This document shows, in pieces, positions 8,371 to 17,200 of a DNA stretch of 64,000 nucleotides (the stretch's first letter is position 1; every line of letters begins with the position of its first letter). Origin of the DNA: Candidatus Latescibacterota bacterium. GTDB taxonomy: Bacteria > Latescibacterota > UBA2968 > UBA8231. The notes below the pieces were generated by a model that did not search any database, was not told where the DNA came from, and saw nothing but the letters and a program-made list of their open reading frames with translations. Both the position numbers and the translations under genes were made by a program. The stretch covers positions 3,456,001 through 3,520,000 of the forward strand of contig CBDCDC010000002.1 of the NCBI GenBank assembly GCA_965215195.1, given 5' to 3'.

Positions 8371-11313
8371 ATGTGTGTAAGGCTGGCTTATAGGCATGTC
8401 AGCTTGCTGGCGGCGTGGCTAACCGTACTTACTACAAGTACGGTTAGTGCGCAGTCTGCAATAGTACGCGGAACCATACTGGATGCGATTACCAAGGAGC
8501 CGTTGCCGTGGGCAAATATAGCCATAATTGGTACGAGCATTGGAGGCGCAAGTGATATAGAGGGCAAGTTTGAAATCAGAAGTGCCCCGGTTGGATCATA
8601 CACGGTAAAAGCGACCTATATTGGCTACGAGACAAGTGAGCTTGAAGTAGTGCTAGTGGTTGATCAAGTGCTGGAATTAGAGCTACCGTTAGATCCAGTG
8701 AGCCTTATCGAAGAAGAAGTTATTATTACAGCACAAGCAAGTGGTCAAACGGAGGCGATAAATCGGCAACTGTCATCGTTGGCGATTACAAATGTTGTAT
8801 CTGGTGCTCGAATACAGGAGTTACCCGATGCAAATGCAGCTGAATCAGTAGCAAGACTTCCCGGTGTGTCGATTATCAGGGAAGGCGGTGAAGGTGCCAG
8901 AGTCGTTGTTCGTGGTCTATCTCCTCAGTATAACCAGATCGCCATAGACGGTGTCCAACTTCCAGGTAACGTCGTATCTAATGACCCCAATAAGCAAGCG
9001 TCGTTAATCGGAGACAGAGCTGCTGATCTCAGCATGATATCCTCAAGTATCCTCGGAGGTATTGACGTGGTAAAGGCGATCACTCCGGATATGGATGCTG
9101 CGGTTCTCGGCGGCGTAGTAAATTTCGGCTTAAGAAAAGCAAGGACCAGCGACACTCGGCCTGTCTTTGGCCTTACTTCACAAGGAAGTTATAATGATCT
9201 GAAAGGAACGTATGCCGACTATAGGTTGGCTGCTTCACTTGAACATAGAGTCTTCAATCAGCGACTGGGTATGTTCTTACAGGGCACCACTGAAAAGCGC
9301 AATCGGAGTGCTAATCGGTTAGGTGCCCATTATGTGCTAAACGACAAGTCGAACGGGGATGAAGGTATTCCGGATCTAACGAGTGTCGACCTAAGTGATG
9401 TCTTCAGCGAAAAACAGCGTCATGGTGCGACTCTTGTGTTAGATTATAATCATGATTCGGGCGAGGTGGGCATTCTCAATTTTTTTAGTACATCGGAGAC
9501 GGGATCTCTGCATCGAGGACAGTCATTCGTACATGCTAGTGATGATATAACTTACTCAGGCGGGCGATCCAATAGCGATTTAATGTCTATCACTAGTCTG
9601 CTCAGTATGCGGCAAGAAGTACCACTGTTTGATATTGACCTGAAATTTTCACATGCCTATTCAAGAAGCCAGAACCCGGAAGATTTCACATTCACATTTC
9701 TACAAGACAGAGCAGGATATTCTGGTCAAGGGAATTTGTCCAAATCACATCCTTCAACCATAGCCGCTTTAGGAGTACCTGACTCAACAGGTGCCACGCT
9801 GACAACGATTAATACATCAGAAAACATTGCCAAGGATAGATCGCTGACGGGCTCTATAGACCTAGAAAGAAGTCTTGCGACCACTGATGTTCTCGCATCT
9901 AGGATCAAGCTTGGCTGTTCTTATCAATATCGCAAGCGAGCCTACGACATCGAGGACAGAGCAGGAGTACATTTCAATCTAGGCGGTAGACAGCTATATG
10001 CTAGAGTGTTCGAACAGTATCCCGAATTGAACAAGTACAATGGTGATATCGTCTTAGCTATATTTACGAACGATCCATATTCATATCGAAATTTTCTCGC
10101 TGGAGACTATTCGCTTGCATATCCGATGAATATTGATTTTATGGAAGAAATTCTAGAAATCGCTATAGCTAGAGACGTAGGTTTCACAGATAACGAGTAC
10201 AGGTCGCTCGGCTTTGATTATGATGGATCAGAAGTCAAAAGCGCAGCATACGGGATGCTCACAATTAATATGGGAGAAAGGATTACGCTGCTACCCGGCG
10301 TACGTTTCCAGAACCTTAGGACGAGCTATACGGGTAATCGCGGTGTGCAACTGCCAGATGCAGGGGGTGGGATAGCATTCAATGCTAGGGATACAACCAC
10401 AACTAATTCCCAAGGCTTTCTGCTTCCTATGGTACATGCGCGATACAAGATACTAGAGTGGTTGCAAATTCATTTTGCCTATACTAAGACATTAAATTAC
10501 CCGGACTATAGTGTAATTGTTCCACGGTATGACATATCTCTGGCGAAGATCATTTACAATAATTATTCGTTAAGGACAGCTTCGTCGAAAAATATTGACC
10601 TCGCTGTGTCGATCTATGGAAATGCAGTAGGATTGTTTACTATCAACGCTTTTCGAAAACGTATAGAAGATCTGATCTTCCCATCAACAACATTCCTCAG
10701 CAATCTCAGTGCATATCCAGATTTACCTCAAGACGGTCAAGGAAATGGACAACTGTATAACTTCAGTACGTTTATTAACAATCCGAACCCGACCGACGTT
10801 CGAGGTATTGAGATTGATTGGCAAACGCACCCTTGGTATCTGCCTAATCCCCTGTCTAATCTGGTCTTTAATATCAACTACACTCGCGTGTTTTCGGAAG
10901 CAGATTATCCGCGAACAGAGTTGGATATATCGTATGATGAACTTGGAACGCTGTACAGAACAGTGGTGGATACGTCTTATACAAGCCGCCTATTGCACCA
11001 GCCCAACGACATATTTAACCTAGCAGTTGGATTTGATTATCGCGGATTCTCGTCTAGAGTGTCTGTCTTATACCAAGATAACATTTTCAAGAAACCCGAC
11101 TTCTGGTTGCAACAACGGATTCACTCGGACAGGCATACACGGTGGGATATCGCTATCAGCCAGTGGCTTCCGTGGTTTGGAATGCAGGCGTTTTTTAACC
11201 TAAATAATATTACAGGCGCGGATGATATTGATCTCAATCATAAAACTAGTTTTCCTGCGTTGCAAGAGCGTTACGGTATGACGGCAGATGTTGGATTGAG
11301 AGTGACTCTATAA
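8371..11313 (+). CDS. TonB-dependent receptor
   Basis: N-terminal carboxypeptidase-regulatory-like domain; plug motifs ELPDANAAESVARLPGVS and VVRGL; C-terminal beta strand. Markedly AT-rich. Confidence 0.92.
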   Translation: MCVRLAYRHVSLLAAWLTVLTTSTVSAQSAIVRGTILDAITKEPLPWANIAIIGTSIGGASDIEGKFEIRSAPVGSYTVKATYIGYETSELEVVLVVDQVLELELPLDPVSLIEEEVIITAQASGQTEAINRQLSSLAITNVVSGARIQELPDANAAESVARLPGVSIIREGGEGARVVVRGLSPQYNQIAIDGVQLPGNVVSNDPNKQASLIGDRAADLSMISSSILGGIDVVKAITPDMDAAVLGGVVNFGLRKARTSDTRPVFGLTSQGSYNDLKGTYADYRLAASLEHRVFNQRLGMFLQGTTEKRNRSANRLGAHYVLNDKSNGDEGIPDLTSVDLSDVFSEKQRHGATLVLDYNHDSGEVGILNFFSTSETGSLHRGQSFVHASDDITYSGGRSNSDLMSITSLLSMRQEVPLFDIDLKFSHAYSRSQNPEDFTFTFLQDRAGYSGQGNLSKSHPSTIAALGVPDSTGATLTTINTSENIAKDRSLTGSIDLERSLATTDVLASRIKLGCSYQYRKRAYDIEDRAGVHFNLGGRQLYARVFEQYPELNKYNGDIVLAIFTNDPYSYRNFLAGDYSLAYPMNIDFMEEILEIAIARDVGFTDNEYRSLGFDYDGSEVKSAAYGMLTINMGERITLLPGVRFQNLRTSYTGNRGVQLPDAGGGIAFNARDTTTTNSQGFLLPMVHARYKILEWLQIHFAYTKTLNYPDYSVIVPRYDISLAKIIYNNYSLRTASSKNIDLAVSIYGNAVGLFTINAFRKRIEDLIFPSTTFLSNLSAYPDLPQDGQGNGQLYNFSTFINNPNPTDVRGIEIDWQTHPWYLPNPLSNLVFNINYTRVFSEADYPRTELDISYDELGTLYRTVVDTSYTSRLLHQPNDIFNLAVGFDYRGFSSRVSVLYQDNIFKKPDFWLQQRIHSDRHTRWDIAISQWLPWFGMQAFFNLNNITGADDIDLNHKTSFPALQERYGMTADVGLRVTL

Positions 11314-11621
11314 GTGAAATACCTGCGATTCTATCCTTATGTTCAAGGGATAGGCCAAGGCGACCAGCCCCAAAAAAACTAAGGCCCTGTGGTCTGAACA
11401 ATAAGAAGCTGGCAATGTTGGATCCCCGCCCAAGAGAGTGAGGACAACGGGGTTGACCAAGGATGGGAGAGGTGATACCTTAAAAAAGGTTGGCTTCTTG
11501 AACGAAATGGCGGCGATTTTCTTGCCAGTAAATCGCATCCCATCCATAGAAGCCTATCTTTATTCAACTTCATGCAGCAACGCCCATCCCAATCGCCAAT
11601 TCACCCAAATACGGAATTCCA

Positions 11622-12650
11622 ATGAACATCCCCGGTACGGACCGTCCCTTTGTCGTCATCGGCGAAAACATCCACACCACTCGCGTGGTCTTGCGCAAAG
11701 GCAAGCTCATCGGCGCAGACCCCCAAGGCGTCGAATCCGTGCGCTTCCGCGACGCCAACAACAAGCGCCGTTTCCTCCAGATTCCCGAAGAAGTCAAAAA
11801 GACTCAAGACTACGAGGAAGGCCGCGTCAAACACCTCAAGATCGCCGTGCAACAAGCCATGCTCGGCAACGCGGACGGGCTCGACTACCTGCGCCGCCAA
11901 GTACAGCGCCAAGAAGCAGCCGGCACCGATTTTCTCGACCTCAATGTCGATGAGATCTCCCTCAAGCCCGCAGAGCAACAAGAGGCCATGCGCTGGCTAG
12001 TGCAGGCGGTATCGGCCATGTCGCAGACGCCACTGGCCATTGACTCCTCCCAGCTAGACACCCTCGCCATCGGCCTCGAAGCCGGTGCCCATCACCCCCA
12101 GTGCCTATTGCTCAACTCGGCGTCTTTAGAGCGGCCCGAAGCGCTGGAGCTAGCCAAACGGTACAACGCCCAAGTCATCATCACCGCGGCGGGCGAGTCC
12201 GGCATGCCGCAAAGTGCTGAAGAACGGATTGATCACGCCCGACAAATGGTGGACAAGGCCCTCGCCTTGGACCTGCCGCTCGCCGACTTGTACATCGACC
12301 CCCTGATCTTCCCCATCTCAGTTGACGCGCAATTCGGCCACCATGCCTTTGACGCCATCCGCCAACTGCGCGGCGAGTTGGGTGCCGAAATTCACATCAC
12401 TGGCGGATTCTCCAACGTCTCCTTTGGCCTGCCCTGCCGCCACTTGATCAACGATGTTTTCCTATTGCTGGCCGTTGAAGCCGGGGCCGACAGCGCGATC
12501 ATGGACCCGACCACTACTTCCCTTGCCGACCTCTTTGCCACCAACCAGCAAACCCGCCCCTACCAACTGGCTGCGGATATGCTATTGGGCCGAGACGAGT
12601 ACTGCGCCGCCTTCCTCCGCGCCTATCGCAAGGGCGAGCTCGCCGCCTAG
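11622..12650 (+). CDS. Stand-alone pterin-binding (methyl-THF:corrinoid methyltransferase / MetH folate) domain protein
   Basis: VIGENI, DFLDLNVD, AIDSS, LLNSAS, YIDPL, GFSNVSFGLP and DSAIMDP motifs. Confidence 0.88.
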   Translation: MNIPGTDRPFVVIGENIHTTRVVLRKGKLIGADPQGVESVRFRDANNKRRFLQIPEEVKKTQDYEEGRVKHLKIAVQQAMLGNADGLDYLRRQVQRQEAAGTDFLDLNVDEISLKPAEQQEAMRWLVQAVSAMSQTPLAIDSSQLDTLAIGLEAGAHHPQCLLLNSASLERPEALELAKRYNAQVIITAAGESGMPQSAEERIDHARQMVDKALALDLPLADLYIDPLIFPISVDAQFGHHAFDAIRQLRGELGAEIHITGGFSNVSFGLPCRHLINDVFLLLAVEAGADSAIMDPTTTSLADLFATNQQTRPYQLAADMLLGRDEYCAAFLRAYRKGELAA

Positions 12651-12680
12651 CGCGTTGGCATTGTTGGCCTTGGCCCGTAG

Positions 12681-12787
12681 TTAGTACACGCTAGTAGTCC
12701 AATGGACGTTAGGCATGGGTCTCTATGGATGAGATGCTTCGACTTTGTCCCGGACAGGCCCATACCGCTTCTACTGCCGTGTACTAA
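12681..12787. mobile_element. 107-bp MITE-like element
   Basis: 17-bp terminal inverted repeats TTAGTACACGCTAGTAG / CTACTGCCGTGTACTAA (15/17 match); 8-bp direct repeat GCCCGTAG at 12673-12680 and 12788-12795. Confidence 0.8.
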
Positions 12788-12871
12788 GCCCGTAGATTAA
12801 AAACTGAAGCTCAGGACAGCTTTGTTGCCGTCGGTCTGTAGATTGCGAACGGAAAGGAAAGGAGGGTCGAT

Positions 12872-13786
12872 ATGCAGAACAACAAAATCTGTGTCTTTGC
12901 TGTTCTGCTGTCGTTGACCCTTGTCGCCTGTGGCGAAATATCCCATACCGAGTTGGTCGCCGATCTGAGCGAGGATCACATCGTCCACACGTTGGGCGGC
13001 CAACGCCCGGCCCTCTTGGTCCTCCCAGCCGATTGCGACCCCGAGACGCCCATCCCGCTCGTGCTCAGCTTGCACGGCTTCACCAGCCATTTGGCCGAGC
13101 ACGACCGCTATTTCGGTCTCTCAAAGCGGGTGAACGACGATCGCTTCGCCCTCATTATGGCCAATGGTACGCGCGATCCCGATGGCCATCGCTTCTGGAA
13201 CGCCACGGACTTCTGCTGCGACCTCCACGACACCCAAGTCGACGACGTGAAGTACCTTTCCGGGCTACTCGAAGAGGCCGCCACGCATATCGCCGTAGAG
13301 CGCATCTTCGCCCTCGGGCACTCCAACGGCGGCTTTATGTCCTACCGACTCGCCTGCGAAGGCATTCCGGGCCTAGTCGCCATTGCCAGCCTCGCCGGCA
13401 CTTCCTTTAGCGATCCCTCCCGTTGTGCCTTCGCATCCCCGGTCTCGGTGCTGCAAATCCACGGCACGGCCGACGAAACCGTGGCCTACGACGGAAGCAC
13501 GGGCGAGCAGGAATACGCGGGCGCAGAAGAAGCCGCGCTGCGCTGGGCTGCCCTCGCCCGCTGCGACTTCACCGATCCAGAAACCCTCCCTCCGCTCGAC
13601 CTCGACCAAGACCTCGACGGCCCCGAGACGATCCGCACTCGCTACCGCACGGGCTGCCGCAACGGGGTCACCATCGAGCTGTGGACCATAGAGCAAGGCG
13701 CACACGTACCGCACTTTGCGCCGGACTTTGGCCAGCGCTTGCTCGAATGGCTGTTCAGCGACTCCCGCGCCGACACCCTATCCTAG
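12872..13786 (+). CDS. Alpha/beta hydrolase (PHB-depolymerase/LpqC-like esterase), probable lipoprotein
   Basis: LVAC lipobox; SLHG, GHSNGG nucleophile elbow and IHGTAD motifs. Confidence 0.85.
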   Translation: MQNNKICVFAVLLSLTLVACGEISHTELVADLSEDHIVHTLGGQRPALLVLPADCDPETPIPLVLSLHGFTSHLAEHDRYFGLSKRVNDDRFALIMANGTRDPDGHRFWNATDFCCDLHDTQVDDVKYLSGLLEEAATHIAVERIFALGHSNGGFMSYRLACEGIPGLVAIASLAGTSFSDPSRCAFASPVSVLQIHGTADETVAYDGSTGEQEYAGAEEAALRWAALARCDFTDPETLPPLDLDQDLDGPETIRTRYRTGCRNGVTIELWTIEQGAHVPHFAPDFGQRLLEWLFSDSRADTLS

Positions 13787-13800
13787 ACGGAGACAAACCC

Positions 13801-14790
13801 GTGTCCCCCTTCCTCCAGCGACTCGACGACCCCCGCCCCCTCTTGTACGATGGCGGCTTTGGCTCCCAGCTTTTTGCCCGCCAAATCGAGCTAACCAATT
13901 CCACCCTCGCCAACGAAAGCCACCCAGAAGCGGTCGTCGATATTCACGCCGACTACATCGCCGCAGGCGCCGACTGCATTGGCACCAATACCTTTGTCGC
14001 CTCTGAGCTGCACCTCGCCATGGCCGGCAAGGACCCGGCCCAAGCCGGTGCGCTGGCCCGGCGCGGGGCCGAGCTGGCGCAACGCGCCCGGGAACGCTGC
14101 GAGCGGAGCGTCTTCATCGCCGGCTCCATCGGCCCCTCCCCTGGGGCCATCGAAGCCGACGCCGGCAGTACGGATTTCGGCATTGCTAACCACAAGGTCC
14201 GCGCCGCGCATCAGCGCATCATCGACGCACTCTGCGAAGGCGGGGTCGATTTTTTTTCCGTTGAGACCCAATTTTCAGCCGTCGAAGCGGCCATGGTCTG
14301 CGACATCGCCCGCCAGACCGGCCTGCCCATTGCCGTCAACCTCGCACTCAAATACACGCGGGACCGCAAGAGCAAGCAGGTCGTCTATCGCACCGATTGG
14401 GGGCACTCGGCTGCCGACCTTTTGGACCTCCTCGCCTCGGGCCAATACTCCGGCGGCGACAACCTCCTCGACCACGTCCACCTCGTCGGAGTCAACTGCG
14501 GTGCCGAAACCCGGCGCAGCGAGCACACCGGCATGCCGTACGCCCTCCACGGCATTGAGCAGTTTAAGGCTGCCATGCAGGAGCGCGGGCTCGACAAGAA
14601 GCTGATGACCTATCCCAATGCCGGTATGCCTCGGCTCAACAGCGCTCTCCGCACCATCTACTCGCAAAGCCCCGAGGAAATGGCCGCGTACATCCCAGAC
14701 TTAGCGGCGGCTGGCGTCCAGATCATCGGCGGCTGCTGCGGCACCACGCCCGCCCACATCCGCGCCTTTCGCCGAGACCTCGACTCATGA
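13801..14790 (+). CDS. Homocysteine S-methyltransferase domain protein (MetH Hcy-binding module)
   Basis: DGGFGS, AGADCIGTNTF, GSIGP, GVNC, YPNAG and IIGGCCGTTPAHI Zn-binding motifs; GTG start at 13801 after GGAG. Confidence 0.9.
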   Translation: MSPFLQRLDDPRPLLYDGGFGSQLFARQIELTNSTLANESHPEAVVDIHADYIAAGADCIGTNTFVASELHLAMAGKDPAQAGALARRGAELAQRARERCERSVFIAGSIGPSPGAIEADAGSTDFGIANHKVRAAHQRIIDALCEGGVDFFSVETQFSAVEAAMVCDIARQTGLPIAVNLALKYTRDRKSKQVVYRTDWGHSAADLLDLLASGQYSGGDNLLDHVHLVGVNCGAETRRSEHTGMPYALHGIEQFKAAMQERGLDKKLMTYPNAGMPRLNSALRTIYSQSPEEMAAYIPDLAAAGVQIIGGCCGTTPAHIRAFRRDLDS

Positions 14791-15068
14791 TTCAGTACCA
14801 AGTCCTCTACTGGCGCGACATTCCCGCGCAAATCAAGCTCTTTGTCGGCCACCGGCCGCGCTCGCATACCCTGCCCGCTCGCTTCCAGCTCGCGATCGAC
14901 CGCATCGCCATGCTGGAGGGGCTGGTGGGCACTGACGCCTATTTGGAGCAGTGGCACTGGTCGGAAAAGCAAGAGCGCACCGGCACCCCCGAAGACGTGC
15001 TCCAAACGCTCTTGCGCGAAACCCAAGAGGAAGGCGACCGCATCCTCGCGGCGTACAAACAATCGTGA
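14787..15068 (+). CDS. Small Virulence_fact-like family protein
   Basis: [22 protein letters not shown] and DAYLEQW motifs; overlaps the neighbouring genes (ATGA, GTGA). Confidence 0.75.
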   Translation: MIQYQVLYWRDIPAQIKLFVGHRPRSHTLPARFQLAIDRIAMLEGLVGTDAYLEQWHWSEKQERTGTPEDVLQTLLRETQEEGDRILAAYKQS

Positions 15069-16939
15069 TTTTCTACGAGAAAGCGTACCAAGTCATCGTC
15101 GTCGGCGGTGGCCACGCCGGCACGGAGGCCGCGCTCGCCGCGGCGCGCATGGGGGCCGAGACCCTGCTCCTGACCATGAATTTGGACACCATTGGTCAGC
15201 TATCCTGCAACCCGGCTATCGGCGGGATCGGCAAGGGGCACATTGTCAAGGAAATCGACGCGCTCGGCGGCCAGATGGCCGTCAACATCGACCGCACCGG
15301 CATCCAATTTCGCCGCCTCAACACCTCGCGCGGGCCAGCCGTGCGCGCCTCGCGGGCCCAAGCCGACAAAAAGGACTACCAATTTGAGCTGAAGTACACC
15401 TGCGAACAGCAGGAGCATCTCGACATCCGCCAGGGCCTGATGGAGAGCTTGCTGATCGAGGATGGGACCGTCCAAGGCGTCGGCGTCAAGGGCGGCATCG
15501 CCTACCGCGGGCGCACCGTCATCCTCACGACCGGCACCTTCCTCCGCGGCAAAATTCACGTCGGCGATTTCTCGTATAGCGCGGGCCGCGCCGGCGAGAC
15601 CGCGGCCGAAAAGGCCGCTGAGGGCCTAGTCGCGCTCGGTTTTGAGACCGGCCGGCTCAAAACCGGCACTCCGCCGCGCGTCAACGGCCGCACCCTCGAC
15701 TTTGCCGCGTTCGAAGAACAGCCCGGGGACGACCCGCCGCGTCCCTTTTCCTATGCGGTGCAAAAAGTCACCCAGCCGCAAATGCCCTGCTGGATCACCT
15801 ACACCAACGCCCACACCCACGAGATCGTCCAAGCCAACCTGTCGCACTCGGCCATGTACAGCGGACGCATTGAGGGCATCGGCCCGCGCTACTGCCCCTC
15901 CATAGAGGACAAAATCGCACGCTTTGCCGACAAGGAGCGGCACCAAGTTTTCGTCGAGCCAGAGGGGCGTCGCACCCTCGAGTTTTATCTCAACGGCCTG
16001 TCGATGAGCCTGCCGGAGGCCCTGCAACCTCAGATCGTGCGCTCCCTGCCCGGCCTCGAGCGGGCCGAGATCATGCGCCCGGCGTACGCGGTCGAATACG
16101 ACTACGCCCCACCGACCCAACTCTACCCGCACCTAGAGACCAAGCGCGTGGCCAATCTCTTCTTCGCCGGCCAGATCAACGGCACCACCGGCTACGAAGA
16201 AGCCGCGGCCCAAGGGATTATGGCCGGCATCAACGCCGTGCTCAAAGCTCGCGGCGACGATCCGCTGGTGCTCACGCGCGCCGATGCGTACATCGGCGTC
16301 CTCATCGACGACCTCGTGACCAAAGGCACACTCGAACCGTACCGCATCTTCACCTCACGCGCCGAGCATCGCCTGCTCTTGCGCGAGGACAACGCCGACG
16401 ACCGCCTGATGGCCAAGGGCCGGGCGCTGGGGCTGGTCGGCGACGACCTATGGCGTCAGTTTCAAACCAAACAGCAACAGGTCGCGGCCGAGCGCACGCG
16501 CTTACAGCACGAGCGCGTCAAACCGACCGAAAAGGTGCGGGAGGTCTTGGCGCGGCAGGGCACTGCTCCCATCGCCGAATCGACTTCGCTCGCCGAGTTG
16601 CTGCGCCGCCCCCAACTCACCTACGACCACCTCTGCGAATTCGCCCCACCTCCACAGCCTCTCTCCCCGGACGCGGCCGAACACGTCGAGGCCGAGATCA
16701 AATACGCGGGGTACATCAAGCGCCAAGAGACCCAAGCGCAAAAGCTCAAGCGCCTCGAGTCCCTGTGCCTGCCGACCGATTTTGACTTTGCCGCGCCCGG
16801 ACTGAACATTTCGACCGAAGCGCGCCAAAAGCTCGCGGCGATCCGCCCACAGACCCTAGGACAGGCTTCGCGCATTTCCGGGGTCTCGCCCGCCGACCTC
16901 GCTTCGCTCATGGTCTTCTTGCACGCCCGTACCCAATGA
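15065..16939 (+). CDS. mnmG: tRNA uridine-5-carboxymethylaminomethyl(34) synthesis enzyme
   Basis: [51 protein letters not shown] and SRAEHRL motifs. Confidence 0.97.
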   Translation: MIFYEKAYQVIVVGGGHAGTEAALAAARMGAETLLLTMNLDTIGQLSCNPAIGGIGKGHIVKEIDALGGQMAVNIDRTGIQFRRLNTSRGPAVRASRAQADKKDYQFELKYTCEQQEHLDIRQGLMESLLIEDGTVQGVGVKGGIAYRGRTVILTTGTFLRGKIHVGDFSYSAGRAGETAAEKAAEGLVALGFETGRLKTGTPPRVNGRTLDFAAFEEQPGDDPPRPFSYAVQKVTQPQMPCWITYTNAHTHEIVQANLSHSAMYSGRIEGIGPRYCPSIEDKIARFADKERHQVFVEPEGRRTLEFYLNGLSMSLPEALQPQIVRSLPGLERAEIMRPAYAVEYDYAPPTQLYPHLETKRVANLFFAGQINGTTGYEEAAAQGIMAGINAVLKARGDDPLVLTRADAYIGVLIDDLVTKGTLEPYRIFTSRAEHRLLLREDNADDRLMAKGRALGLVGDDLWRQFQTKQQQVAAERTRLQHERVKPTEKVREVLARQGTAPIAESTSLAELLRRPQLTYDHLCEFAPPPQPLSPDAAEHVEAEIKYAGYIKRQETQAQKLKRLESLCLPTDFDFAAPGLNISTEARQKLAAIRPQTLGQASRISGVSPADLASLMVFLHARTQ

Positions 16940-17052
16940 CGATAAAAACGACGAGTCGGCTGACGACGGCAGTCGAACATTACTCTTCTCAGGTGCCTCA
17001 TTGTATACAGCCCAATCTCGGAGCCTGTATGGGCTTTCGCCCATAGCGGTTC

Positions 17053-17199
17053 GCGGTACAGTAGCCGGGCATCGTCGAGCGAGTTGATACTCGACTTGAG
17101 CGACGGCGAATTGTGCAGGGTCATGTAAGTTGTCCCACAGCGTCACATCGCCCGGCTCGTGCAGATGGTCGTAGTGGAATGCAGCACATGCGTTTCGAG
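17053..17199 (-). pseudogene. C-terminal relic of a TauD/TfdA-family dioxygenase
   Basis: Minus strand reads FHYDHLHEPGDVTLWDN, then in a shifted frame MTLHNSP..ARLLYR, matching the GD..WDN..T.H..R signature. The 5' part is missing. Confidence 0.6.
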
Positions 17200-17200
17200 C

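Noticed and set aside
11314-11621. SAM or cobalamin riboswitch upstream of the pterin-binding gene
   Set aside because: I could not find SAM-I or B12-box consensus elements; an Rfam scan would settle it.
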